Shown here one piece after another: positions 45,277 to 57,490 of a stretch of DNA of 64,000 nt. The translations under genes and the position numbers were made by a program. Source of the DNA: Acanthaster planci (taxonomy: Eukaryota); assembly GCF_001949145.1 (NCBI RefSeq), contig NW_019091357.1:1452746-1516745 (forward strand), read 5' to 3'. The stretch's first letter is position 1. Each line of letters starts with the position of its first letter. The notes below the pieces were generated by a model. That model made no database searches. It was given only the letters and a program-made list of their open reading frames with translations, and had not been told where the DNA came from.

Positions 45277-48200
45277 CTACTTCTGGTTCGTCTTGCGTCT
45301 TTTATATTGTGGGATCGGCCCATAATACATATCTAAAAATAAAAGAACAAGAATTAGAATAAAAAAAGATCCTGGTCAGTACAGGTGAGGGAGATGAAAG
45401 TGTAACTCGAGCTTTGGTCAAGAAAATGAAACTATGACAAACATGAACCATGTTCTTAACAAATGCAATGTGATACTTCCTCTCTACAAGACAGTCCTTA
45501 TCTGAACTTATCGTTTAGGCATTTAAAAGGGAAGTTAAAGACCTTTTGTCTCACCCCTTCCTGAGGAACGTGTACTCCTCTTTCTTGATAAAGCATCAGC
45601 TTCTGACTCGCCAGGAATCTCCTTTTCTTTCTGCCCTCTTCCTCTGGTTGTTGGAGAAGACTCCTCCTCCTTTCCTTTGGTCACAGGCTCTGCTGGGGAC
45701 CTCCTTCCACTCCGCAGACTCCTTGTGGACATACCAGGAATTTCCTCCGAAGTGTGTCTTGTCCTCCGAGGCTCCAAGTCACCTAAGTCACCTTCCACCT
45801 TCCCGGTTCGGATCGCCCCATCTTTGCTCAGCTCCTTGTCGTGGGGTTTCCCCAACATTTCTGTTTTCTTCAGCTGGCTGGGTAAGGGTTCAACACCCTC
45901 ATCTGCTGTGAGCGCTAGATTCTTTTGCCCAGGGTGACAGCTTGTTGCTTCAGCAGTAACACCAGGCGATGAAGTCTTCTCGAACAGACTGCCCTTATCT
46001 GGGTCCACCTGAATGGCCTCCTCCACAAGGTTTGTGATCTGATCAGGTTTGCTTAAGAGTGAAGGCTCTGGAGAGCTGTCCGACTTGATGGTTAGGCTCT
46101 CTGTGAGAGATTCTGTGGAAGTTTGGACGAGACTGGTCTGAGATACACACTGTAGCACAGCCTCTGGAATTCTCTCAGACTGCAGAGGTTGAGAAATCTT
46201 TCTTGTCACTTCAGGAGTACTGGGAACTTCTCTTGGAGGAAGCTGAGTGTCTGATGGTAAGACTTCCTGCTTATCTTCTGATTGTCCAAGTTGCTCTGTT
46301 GCACCTGAAATGTCTACAGTTACTGAGGGAGGTTGTGCTCCTTGCAGGGCATCTTGCCCAATACTGTTCTTATCTTGGCTAGGTAAGGCAATACTGGTTT
46401 TTGCCAGTGATGATGGCTCCGATTTTACCTCCATGTCTTGCTGATTGGGTTGTGTTTCCTGTATCTTTATTCCTGGGGCTAAACTTTCCTTTGGCAGTTT
46501 GGCAGGGGGTTCCTCTACTGCTCTGGTGTGAGTCTGTTTACGAGATTCAGTAAGTGGTGGTTGTGTGTTTCTTATGCCAGTATCCATTGAGACTGCAAGG
46601 GCAGGTTCCATCCCTGACAGAGATGAAATCACAGGAACTTGGTGAGCGCTACACATGAATGTGCTACCAAGACTCATAGACGTGATGGTTGCTTCTCGAT
46701 GTTGACTGGTTGATTTCACCGGCACTTTATCGAGGAGATTCAGGGAACTCTGGGGCATAGTCTCTACTGCGGGTGACATTAATGCTTCCCCAACAGATGT
46801 GTGACTAGAAACCATGGGAACAGAAACAGTTGTTGATGTGGGGACTGAGTCCATGTCTGGGGTAGTATGTTGAGGAGGTGTCTTGTTATCAGAGCCTTGC
46901 GGAGCTACTGACATAAAAATATTTGAATCACATTGTGACGGGACTATTTGGTCACCTCTTGAACTAGTCTCCTCCCCAGTTTTTGGTTTCTGCATTTCCT
47001 CTACAGATGGCACACCATGAAATGTCTTAGATTGATGTGGAACATCACTGTGGGAATCTGTTGTCTGCAACACTAGCTGCTGTACTTGTGGAGAAATAAG
47101 AGGAGATGTGATCTTGCCATCTGATGAATCCTTCACTGCTGTTGATGATGCAACTTCCAGTGGATGCACAAGAGGAGCTGATGACAAGCCAGAAGCTGAT
47201 GGCGAGCTTGATATCTGAGAATATGCCAGTGGTTGGGCAGGTGCAGACTCACTGCCTGGTTTACTGCATTGCACTTGCTGTGCATCTTTGGCCAAGGGTG
47301 TCCCTACAGCAGCACTGAATACTGAAGCAACAGTGCTCACTGCTTGTTCAATTGAGACTATTGGTGCTAGATTTGATGACTGTTGTCTGACAACACTTTT
47401 CGTGGGTGGACTATCCTCTTGACTCTTCAGCGAAGGCAGCGAAGCCTCTAGAGAGGATTCAGTGGCTGGCATCTTTGGCACCTGCTTAGCAACACCTAAA
47501 GCTGGAGGTGTGCGACTCTGTTGAGCTTGCCCTTCAGGAACTCCCCTATCCCTCTCCCCACCTGCCATTTTTCCCGCCACAGGGAGAGTTTCAGGAGATC
47601 TTCTCAATCGCGTCAGATTCTTCTCAGTTGCCTTTGGGGTTGGCACCACCTTAGCCTTTGCTGCTGATGCCATTGCTGTGGTGACAGTCCAAGCCGACTT
47701 GGCGATGGAGCTCAGCAAGGCACTAGCGCTTCCAAGGGATTCATTGTTGCAAGTGTTTGGAGGAAGAGCTGTGAGCGATGCCCTGGGTGGTGTTCTTGAT
47801 CGGGCAGAACGTGCTGTTTGCTCTGCCCCCTTCAGGAAACCAGAGGTTCTAGACATTGCTGCAGTTTTGACCATGATTGACTGGGCTTGTACCAGTGTGC
47901 TAGAAGCTGATGAGAACGCTGTAGGTTTAACAGGTAATGCAGCAGTTGCTGGAGGTGTTGTTGGAAAGCCAAAACTAGCCACAGGTCCAGGCGTTGTCTT
48001 TGGCTGTTGAGACGTAAGTTTGTGCAGCTGTTGCGTTGCCACATCTTCCTCTGACTCATCAGGTTTTGATGCATCCAGTTTCAGCTGCTTTGACTTCTCT
48101 GGACTTGATTTTGATGTTTTTTCTATTGCTGTGTTATTGGCTGAATAGGGTTGATAATTTGATTTCAATCCCATCACCTGAGAGTGCAGAAACTGTTCTG

Positions 48201-51200
48201 GCACTTGTGATGATGGTGAAACACTCTCCATTTCTCCTGTTGGTGAGACTGAATCCTGCAAAGCTGGTAGAGTCTGAACGGTCATTTGCTTGGGGATCAT
48301 CGATGGTGGCTGTATGACTGGAACGTCAGCCTTGGGATGGCTTTCAGTACTTCGCTGGGAGGTATTTGATGGTCCAACCAACTGTGTAAGAGGCAACTTT
48401 GAGGTCTGTGTCAGATAGGAGATTTCATTCCCTTGCTGAAATGCTATGGTTGGTGATGCCGATGCATTTGTCCCTGGTGCTGTAGTGAAAGTAGTTGTGG
48501 GGATGGCCAGTGGAGTTAAAGCTACTGGTTCTTTTTCTGTTGAAGCAACCTGAGGTGGGACTCCAGTGCGCTGACTTTGCTGCTGTTCAGCTTGTAACTG
48601 TGTTGCAGTAATTGATGGTGCAGGTTTCACAGCTGGAGGGTGACAGGACTGGTGCATGGACACTGCAGCCTCTAACTGGGGGATGGTGCTTACTTTGCTT
48701 ACAGGAGCTTGTGGTAAGGGGCTTTGAGACGTTGCAGAGTCAGGGACTGCTTCTTCGATGGGTTTTGGAGTAATTAACTCCTGTGATTGTTGAGCAGGTT
48801 GCTCTACTGCAGACCCTTTGTCTTGCTTTGTGCCACTAGCTTCTGAAGCTGGAGGAGCCTCTGGTTCAGGTGGAAGGGTGGCTATGGTACCATGGGCACC
48901 AAGGCTCTTGATCAATTCTTCTGAAGCTGTTGAAAGGGTTGCAGGAGATAGCAAAATCTTTGGGGCTCGTTCCAAAACAGTCATTGGGGTTTCTGGCAGG
49001 GAAGGCGGTTGCTGGTGAGGTACTGGTGACTTTGCCAACATACTTGGAGAAAAAGACTGTGGTGGGAAATGTTGGGGTCGGGATGTAGGTGTGTCTCTTG
49101 CCATATTCTCTGCAGCCTGGCTTAGAAGACCCTGTTGGGGAAATCTTAGTACACTGTTCTCAGCCATTTGTGCCGGTCCGGCCTGAGGCAAAGTTCTGGC
49201 CTGAGGCAAAGTTCCAATTTGCTGACTGGGGTACACGGGTGGAGCTGTTTGGACAAAGCTTTTCATACCACTGTCTGACTGGCCCTTATGACCTTCTACT
49301 CCTAGGCCTGAGAGCAACGACACACTTCCATGATGAGAAGCCTCCAGTGAAGATGATGCTGTTGCAGTGGCAGAGCTTACAGCAGCTTGCTGTACTGCTG
49401 GCAATGATTGGGTAGTCAACTGCTGCTGTTGTCCCATCACTGGTGGAGGAATATATAAGGTAGTGATGCCACCTGCTAGGGATACACTATCAGGCTTCCT
49501 TGAAGCACCCTGAGCTAGTGACACTGCTTGATTGTTAAGTCCAAGCCAAGAGTCCATTTGATGAGATGTGGTTGGAGAAAAAGTGCTAGACTGTCTAAGT
49601 GAGTCGCTTGAAGTGGAGGCCAAAGTAACCTGGGGCTTTTCAGCCTTTGAGTCAACTGACAGGAGCTGTTTCTCAAAAGAGCCTTTCTCTGGGATGACAA
49701 TCTCATTCAGTAGTGCCTTGAGTTGAGATTTGTCTTCCTTTTTGGTTTGATCACTGAAGATGGTCTGATCATCAGAGTTACTTTTCGCTGCTGGAGCATC
49801 CTTTTGTGGAGGCTGACTCTGGGGATTCGATGGAGGAGCCCTACCAACCAATTTGTGCATGAAGTTGATACCCTCGGTTGTGATCACTCTGGGTTGATTT
49901 GGAGGTCGCTCAATGTTACCAATACTTGGTTTCTGTGTGTCTAGCATGCTGCCAAGCATTCTTTCAGTGGCTGCGCTGAACTCTGCAGGCTGCATTGGAG
50001 TCCGTGCACCAATTTGAGCAGGAAGAGGAAGAGGCTTCGGAGTATCAACTGAGGGCAGTGAAAGCCAGTCAGTGGAGACAGCTGTAGGGCCTGACAGAAA
50101 TCCTTGAGTTGATTTAGGAGGTACCTCCTGCTGCTTGTTGCTACGGAACAATGGTGCCATCTGAAGAATTTCAGTGGGAGGGGTTACACTGCTTAGAAAC
50201 TGACTAAGAGTGTTGTGCTCTGTGTTTCTACTTAATGCCATGTCCCGGATTGAGGGCTGTCCAGCAGCAGAGAATGTCCTAGACGTTAGGGTCTGTAACC
50301 CTGCAATCCCTGAGGACATAGAGGATGGAGAGCTACCCGGAATGGGCCCATATTGTGGCTGCTGCTGGGTGTGCACTGGTCTGGAGGTTGACGATGGAGG
50401 GGTGCGTCTCTGCTTCAAACCCTCTGGTATCTTAGGGGGAGACAAGCGAATGGGTGAGTTTGCTGATCTCCTTTCAGCAACAGGTGGAACTGATGGCCCA
50501 CCTCTTGAAGTTGGTCGACTAAACTGAGTTTCTTGGAAAGTTCTTGTTGATGGGACATTGGGAGTTGAAGTGGGCTGTTGATGAGAAATTGCAGGAATTC
50601 CATCACTGGATGCTACAGTGCTAGCTGGAGTGGATGTGATTGGAGATAGTTGTGGCTCAGATTTAGGAGGTGGTGTCTCCTTGCTTTGCTGGGCTTTTCC
50701 ACTTTTAGCGTCAGCTGCCATCTTAGCTTCCTTAGCAATAATAGCTGCAACTGCCATCGTGGCTCTCTCAGCTTCTGTCATTCCAAGAAGTGCAGCCTCT
50801 TCATCAAACACATGACCATCCTCTTCAGCTGGTTCAGGGACAGTGGATTTCTTGGAATCCTCTCCATTCTTTTCCAGGTTCGACTTAGGCTGTGATGCGC
50901 CAGCATCTGAAACTCCTGGCTGCTCGACCTTCTTTGCCTGAGGATCCACGTGTAATTCTTGCTTTTCTTTGACAACTGATGGACAAGGAGCAGCATTCCA
51001 GGTATCCAGGGGATTGACTGGGGGAGGTACTGGGGTACTGCTTGTTGAAGTGAAGGGAGCAGATGTAGGATGAAGCTGCCCCACAGGGTGTACAAGTAGC
51101 TGTCCTTTACTCTGACTCGCTGATGAGTCACTGGGTGATACCTGGGTCCGATCTGATGGCATAGGAGCACGAGGTATGTGCCCCATATACATGGGCCCGC

Positions 51201-53752
51201 CAAGTCTCATCTGACTCTGTGACATGGGATCTGGAGTTGCAATAGGTCCAACAGACATCCTGGCATTGGGCAGTTGAGTAGGAGGCATGGGTCCTGGGAA
51301 AAGTTGGCCTTGCAGTTGATGACCACCAGGCATTTGAAAGGACTGCATGTTACTGGGAGGCACCTGATTCTGACCTGGCACCACTGGGGTCTGTGGCAAG
51401 TGGCTAGGGAAGGACTGAGCATGCTGTGCCTGTACTTGTGAAAGTTGCGCAGCAGACAACTGACTGAGTTGAAACTGCAGCTGCTCTTGTGACAGCTGTC
51501 CTGATTGAGCTGGCAACAGAGTGTTTGGTGGGATAATCTGGCCTGCTGTTGATATGAAACCTGGCACATTTCCCTGCGATGTTACAAATGGAGATATATT
51601 TGGAATGGCAGAGTTTGAAGCTGTAAGAGTCCCGATACCATTGCCTATCATAAATGGTGAACTAGTATTAATACCGGGTGCTGAAGATGCTATAACTGTG
51701 TCTTGGCTTGGAGGCCCTGGCTGTGCTGTTGTAGGAGTGTCAGTCCCAGTAGATGTAGTTTTGCTCCCTGACGAGTTTGAGAAAGGGAACTGCTTGGCGG
51801 AAATATCACTTTGAAGAAGATTGACCAGCAGAGGGCTTGTCAGAGCAACATCTGTCTTTTTCTGCAAGAGCTGTTGCTGCAACTGCTGCTGCTGTTGTGT
51901 CTGTGGGCTTGGCACAAGTCCTCTTGACATTGGGACGTCTGTGAAGGAGAACTGTGTTCCTGATGAAGCAGATGAGGCAACTACTGGTGCAGTCGTACTG
52001 ACATTTGTAGACATAGCTGTGGATGGTGGTGTGTTTGGACTTATGGGATTGTCGATAAGACTTGGTGGTAGAGTCAGATTTGATGGTTTGTTTGTGCTCA
52101 AGTTGTCTGCATTATCCTGGGTGTTTGTATTTGAAGTCGGCAGTGGCGGCAATTGAGGAGGAAGTGGTAGTAAAGGCTGGCCTGCAGCTACAGCCAGCTC
52201 AGGGGGTTGAATGTTTGACTTCTTGGTTCTCTTACGCCTCTTTTTTGGCTGAGGCTTGGGCTGTGACACAGGAGGAATTTGGGGGCCACTTGGCATGACT
52301 TGTGGTGGCTGATTTGCTTGAGTTACACCGACCTGTGGGAAAAACTGTGGGATCTGGTTCCAGAAACTGGCTGGAGGTTGAAGGGGGCGCTGTTGGGATA
52401 CGCCCATGGAATTCCAGAGGTTGCCAGTTCCCTGCTGAGAGAAGAGGGGGGCTGCTCCTTGGGCTTGTAGTCCCTGGAGGGAGGGTCTGGTGAGCTGCTG
52501 GAGAGAAACTCCAGGCACAGCAAAGTTAGGGGCTGTCACCGATCCCGGAAGTCCATGCCCAGGGACCATTGTTCCTGGCGTGGGAGTCGACACAGGAATG
52601 ACTGGCGAGGAAACGGGGGTAGGTGATGGGGGCACAAGAGGGGGGCCAGGCGGTAGCTGGGGTGTGCCCGATGGAGTCGGTGGCGGCGGCGAGAACAGGC
52701 TTCGTTGTGCCTCAGGCGGGGGCGGGGGCAGTGAGATTGTCTCTCCATTCTCAACCTGAATGGTCAGAATGCCAAGCTTGTGCAAGTTAGGGTCACCTCG
52801 CTGAGCAAGTTCACGGAGGCGAGCAGCAGCTTCTTGTGGGATGTTGAAGGTTACACGGACACTATTCCATGGCTCAACTTTAGACAGGTTCACAGAGTGC
52901 TCTTCTGTAAGGCAGAAAACAAATTAAAATTGTCAACTTATGGCTCAGAAAACTGCTTTCGTACATAAGTAACTTAAAACCTTTTTTCAAAGAATAGGAA
53001 ATGACACAGAAAACTCATATTATCCTTAATCTTTTCATGGACTTACATTAATATGCTGTTGTCCATAAGTCTGTGTTTAATCCTTTGGCCTTTTCACCAA
53101 TGGTCTTTCGGTGGGATGTCAAATTATGTGACAAATGCACTGGTATTGTACTGTACATGTATTCTTAATTTTTTAAAATTCATTTGGCAATGTATCCACA
53201 GTGACCAATTCCTAAATCAGTTAAAAATCAATCCTCAAACACAATGGTTTTAATTCTCAAAACGAAGTCGAACTTATAAATGTAAGTACACTCATTATTT
53301 TTTAAGTAAACAGAGCGAGCAGTTGTCTATACTTGAGTCCTAAACTCAACACATTCATCAAGTGTGTACAGTCTGGCGATGCATTTTGGATGGCATATCT
53401 GACCACTGCTGTTGGGCCAGCCTCTACATGTACGTCACCACTTTGCCTAAACTCAAAACAGTCACAGATGAATAGCATGGTGATGTTTTGTGGGACATTC
53501 AGAGAGCTGGCCAGCAAAACTAGTCACGTCAGCAATTTCCAGTTTTAGTGCAGCCAAACTGCACATTAATTTCGCCTCCCAAAGTTGAGATGAAAGGTGT
53601 GAAAAAAGTAATCAAACCTGGTCCTTTAAGAACTCACTTATTTGTGAGAGATCCTCCAATGTAGCCTTTATCTTGAGTAATCTCTCCTTAAGGTCTTCAT
53701 CAGCAATATTGCCGGAGCAGGTCAAGACAAGTTTAGTGGGAGGCAACTTCAT
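45277..53752 (-). CDS. NCOA6: Nuclear receptor coactivator 6-like protein, ~2510 aa, 3 coding exons
   Basis: Exons 53638-53752 (MKLPPTKLVLTCSGNIADEDLKERL..), 45543-52904 and 45277-45332 (DMYYGPIPQYKRRKTNQK*); both introns are phase 1 GT-AG. KVEPWNSVRVTFNIPQEAAARLRELAQ..LGILTIQVE matches the NCOA6 N-terminal domain, and LTSPLLVNLLQSDIS matches the NCOA6 first LxxLL box. The rest is Q/P/S/T-rich low-complexity sequence with basic NLS-like PKKRRKRTKK and a C-terminal KRRK. Confidence 0.93.
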
Positions 53753-54651
53753 ATTGACTCTTGACTTCTTAATCTGATAGAAAGAACCAAATAAACTGTA
53801 TCAGAGAGATGGCAAAGCAAACCACTGAAACTGGTGACATGAGAAATCTACAAAAAGGTCAGTGCCTGGAGGCAATGCATGCAGGTAACAACCTAAATGT
53901 TGTTCAAGTTAACATAATATTTTTAGGTGTAAGGCAGATTGTTCATTCCATGAAAATTTGTACCTGACATTAGCCACTGTACATGTAACTCATCAAACTA
54001 AGGCTGGTCATATTTGTAGGATTTCCAGGAAGAATTTTCTGGGTTTTTTTCTCAGACGCATGTTATGCCAACAGTTCTACTAAGGTTTACAATTTTAATT
54101 TCATTAACACAGTGGTCCCAAATATTGAGAGCCGTTTAAAGATGCTTGACTCAAAGACCGCTCAAAGAATCAGTTGGCGGCAGCCAGACATACATGTAAC
54201 ACACGACTCTAAAGGAACTGATTGCCATAGTCTCTTGCATACATTGTATGCAAGAGACTATGGCAGCCAGTTTCACAGTGTTATGCCCCATCTTGTATCC
54301 ATAGCCAAAAGAACACCTGTTGCTAAGCACGTACATCAGTCGAAAACTGTTGTGCTTGCAAGTCATGATGATTATGCACTCACATCTAGCAATTTGTGTT
54401 CTTTTGCCCCATTGACAAGATGGCGTACGACATGTTAACCGTGAACTGCTTACTTAGACACAGCCTAACCCCAGTGAACAAGCAGCATAAATCATGGGGT
54501 TGACTTACACATATCTCAGAATGCTGCCAAGGTGCGAAAAGAACCGCCTAGAACAAACACGTTACCGGCTTAAAAATTGATCTTTATGCATGCACTTGCC
54601 CATGATTGGTTTATTGTGTTTCACTACATGTATGTGTGTATACCTAGTGTA

Positions 54652-55943
54652 CAGTTGACTCTCGTTAATACGACGGCCTTGGGACTTACTAAATTAGCTC
54701 GTATTATCCAGACTTACACGAAAGCTGCCGTCCTGCTTGACATATGTATCACCAATGGACCGTAAGTAAAGGGTACAGGTGCACAACAACAAGTGTGCAT
54801 TACTTTTTGTTTAAAGCCACATAGTGCCCTTTTGTTACATGAATTTGATTTTTAAAAGTTTGTTTATGGAAGTGAGATACAGTTTAACGAATAAAGACTT
54901 GAAATAAAGAATAATTACAAAATGTAAGAATGGAGGAAGCGGAATTTCCACCAGTCACGTCGATTCTGAGAGACACGTCCTGGGCCCCGCACGCCGTGAT
55001 GAGATCCACATGCACGCACGTAATGTAAGTACATTAACATTTTAGTTGGTAACCAACACCACAGCTGTGCTTGTAGCACATAAAAATGTGAGGAACCAGC
55101 TATTGGTGGTGTGGACAGCAGAGGGCAAATATTGGACTTTACTTTGGAAAGGCATGTGGGTTTGGTGAAAATTTATTAGCGAGGGATACACTTTTTTCTT
55201 CAAAACTTGTGATTGTTATTTTCTTAAACATTTTTTGACTGAAAACCACGGTTTACTCATGATTTTCTTCGATTGAGAATTTATAGAAATGTCGAAATCG
55301 GAAGGGGTGATAATTTTATGTTACGGTGCGGAGCGGGTAATGATTTTCAGACGGAGGGTAGGCGGTTTTTTGGCCGGCTCTTTGGTTACGGAACACAATT
55401 TTTATTAGTTTCCTGGCAGGGGGACTTCGGGCTTGGGGAATTTTTGGGGGGCAGGGGAATCAAACAAAAGATTTCTTTTGTTCACCACTGTCCTAAACAC
55501 TGTAGCACTTTTGGCAGCACTCACTTGCGTTCAGGTGGTACCAGAGCCACCACACAGAATTTCTACTTTGGGTACGGGAACCGCAAACGCTTATTGTTCG
55601 TCTCACTTGCAGCACCGAACACAAACGGCTTGATTCGGTGAGGGAAAACTGCAGCACTGTTCTCCTGTACATGCATAAATTAGCAACTTTCAAAATTGAA
55701 TGGACTGGCTGATTGACAAGTTGCCTTCAAAAAAGCTTGTGCTAAATAGACAGATAACAATAGATTTGCACTCGGCCAGTGCACAAAAAATGCTTGTCTT
55801 AACCGAAATCTCGTAACGTCCGAGATTGTATTACAAATTTTTTTCCCTTATACGAATGTGCACAATTAAGTCGGGACTGGCAAATATGCTCATCTAAACC
55901 GGAGTCTTGTCTAACTCGAGCTCGTATTACCGAGAGTTGACTG
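54652..55943. mobile_element. Non-autonomous Tc1/mariner-superfamily (pogo/Tigger-like) DNA transposon in NCOA6 intron 1
   Basis: TA|CAGTTGACTCTCGTTAATACGA at the left end and TCGTATTACCGAGAGTTGACTG|TA at the right end: ~22-bp imperfect TIRs with a TA target duplication. No transposase ORF is visible. Confidence 0.7.
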
Positions 55944-56281
55944 TACTTTCTATCACCGTTTCAACTCATTCTTCAGTATGATTCAACAGACATGCCACTG
56001 GGTCTGCTAAAAAAAAAACGAAACTTTTTAATCGTGGCAAACACAATGTACATGTAGCATCAATTCGCATGATGCAGTGTAGTGAGCCGAGCACATAACA
56101 ACCTGGGTTCCCTTCTTGGGAGTCATGTCAAGTTCCACTTTCATTTCACGTATGATTCAATAGCTTTGAAGTTGTCCGTTCTTTATAAAATTTTCAATTT
56201 TTACATATTTTGACAAAATATGTACCGGTAGCAGGGTATTCTGCAATTGAGCCTGTATTTCAAATCTGTACACGTACATGT

Positions 56282-57047
56282 CATGTAGCCCAGATATGAC
56301 GACGTCTACATTGCATTGCGACTAATGTCCAGGGTATGAAAGTCCTCCTACCATGCGAAATTTTTTTCTCACATTTTTACCCGACGCAAACAGCTCAAAA
56401 TGTCGTTCACAAAAGCCTTGTAAGTTGTATCCTGAATTCCATAAATGCTGAGTTGAAATTACTAAATACGCCTACGAACAACGTATTTTGCAGGAGATTC
56501 TGCAGAACTCCACACTCTCCGCCGCGATTCATTAACGCATGCAAGAAAAGACCTCCAAGCTCGGTCCGCGCCCACATTCTGTCAGTTATGCATGTTGTCT
56601 AGAGCAGACAATAGCCTAGCTGTATCTTTGGAAGCCCGTTCGGACACGGCCTTACCTGTGACTTCATCACGCCCACGGCTCTTCCGCGCATGCGTAAGGG
56701 GCACTCAGTTATGATGCATTTCACGCATGTGTGAGTACACGTGCTAGACGAACGTCTATGTACATGTATGTAGATTGCGAATCGCGATGGAAAGCACAGA
56801 GTTTCCCAGACTTTCCTGCAAAATACGTTGTTCGCGGGCGTATTTAGTAATTTCAACACAGCATTTATGGAATTGGGAGGAGGGTCTACAAAGTACAAGG
56901 CACTTGTGAATGACATTTTGAGCCGTCTTCACCAGGTAAAAAAATGTGAGAAAAACTGTTTAAAAAATTTTGCATAGTAAGGAGAGCTTTTATACCCTGG
57001 ACGTTAGTCACAATGCAATGTAGACGTCGTCCAACCTGGGCTACATG
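56282..57047. mobile_element. Foldback element / large MITE with ~250-bp imperfect inverted arms
   Basis: CATGTAGCCCAG..GACGACGTCTACATTGCATTG..AATTCCATAAATGCTG..AACAACGTATTTTGCAGGA on the left mirrors TCCTGCAAAATACGTTGTT..CAGCATTTATGGAATT..CAATGCAATGTAGACGTCGTC..CTGGGCTACATG on the right. The similar ORFs 56336-56602(+) and 56599-56916(-) reflect this symmetry. Confidence 0.9.
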
Positions 57048-57224
57048 TAATGTATATTCTTGCCTTCATTTGTTCGAATGCGATTACGATCATTGATGTT
57101 TATTAGGCCTATGCCTGCAATGCGTGCTGGGCCACACAGCAAGGCGTGATTTCAACATGAATGTTCACGCCGGTTCAGGCCCGAATAGGCATGGTAAATT
57201 CACAGGCTTCATTCAAACACTTAC

Positions 57225-57490
57225 ACGGATATTAGTAAATCCCCTTGACAATACGCACTTCTCAAATATGTATAGGAAGCTTCTGAGGTGTTTGCTCTTG
57301 AAAAGGTTGGCCAACTTCTCAGTTTTTCATGGCTTTTGGAGTATTTTCTGAACTAGCCGTACAAAGAAACAGTCCCGGAAATTCCGCTGGTGTCCTTATT
57401 TAATACTGTACTGATACATCACCTATTTTCCTCTTTCGCACGGGTACCAGTGATTGGTGGGTTTGAAGCGCTTGAGGGCGCTAGCAAAAA
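57225..57490 (-). promoter_or_regulatory. Probable NCOA6 promoter and non-coding first exon
   Basis: Minus-strand donor GTAAGT at 57219-57224; ATTGG at ~57453 and GAGGGCGCTA at 57474-57483. The ATG exon has an acceptor at 53774-53775, so an upstream exon is needed. Confidence 0.5.

Noticed and set aside
45546..52759. Many plus-strand and alternative-frame ORFs overlapping NCOA6 (and likewise the GPCR)
   Set aside because: They are antisense or shifted-frame shadows of real coding sequence with no recognisable motifs.
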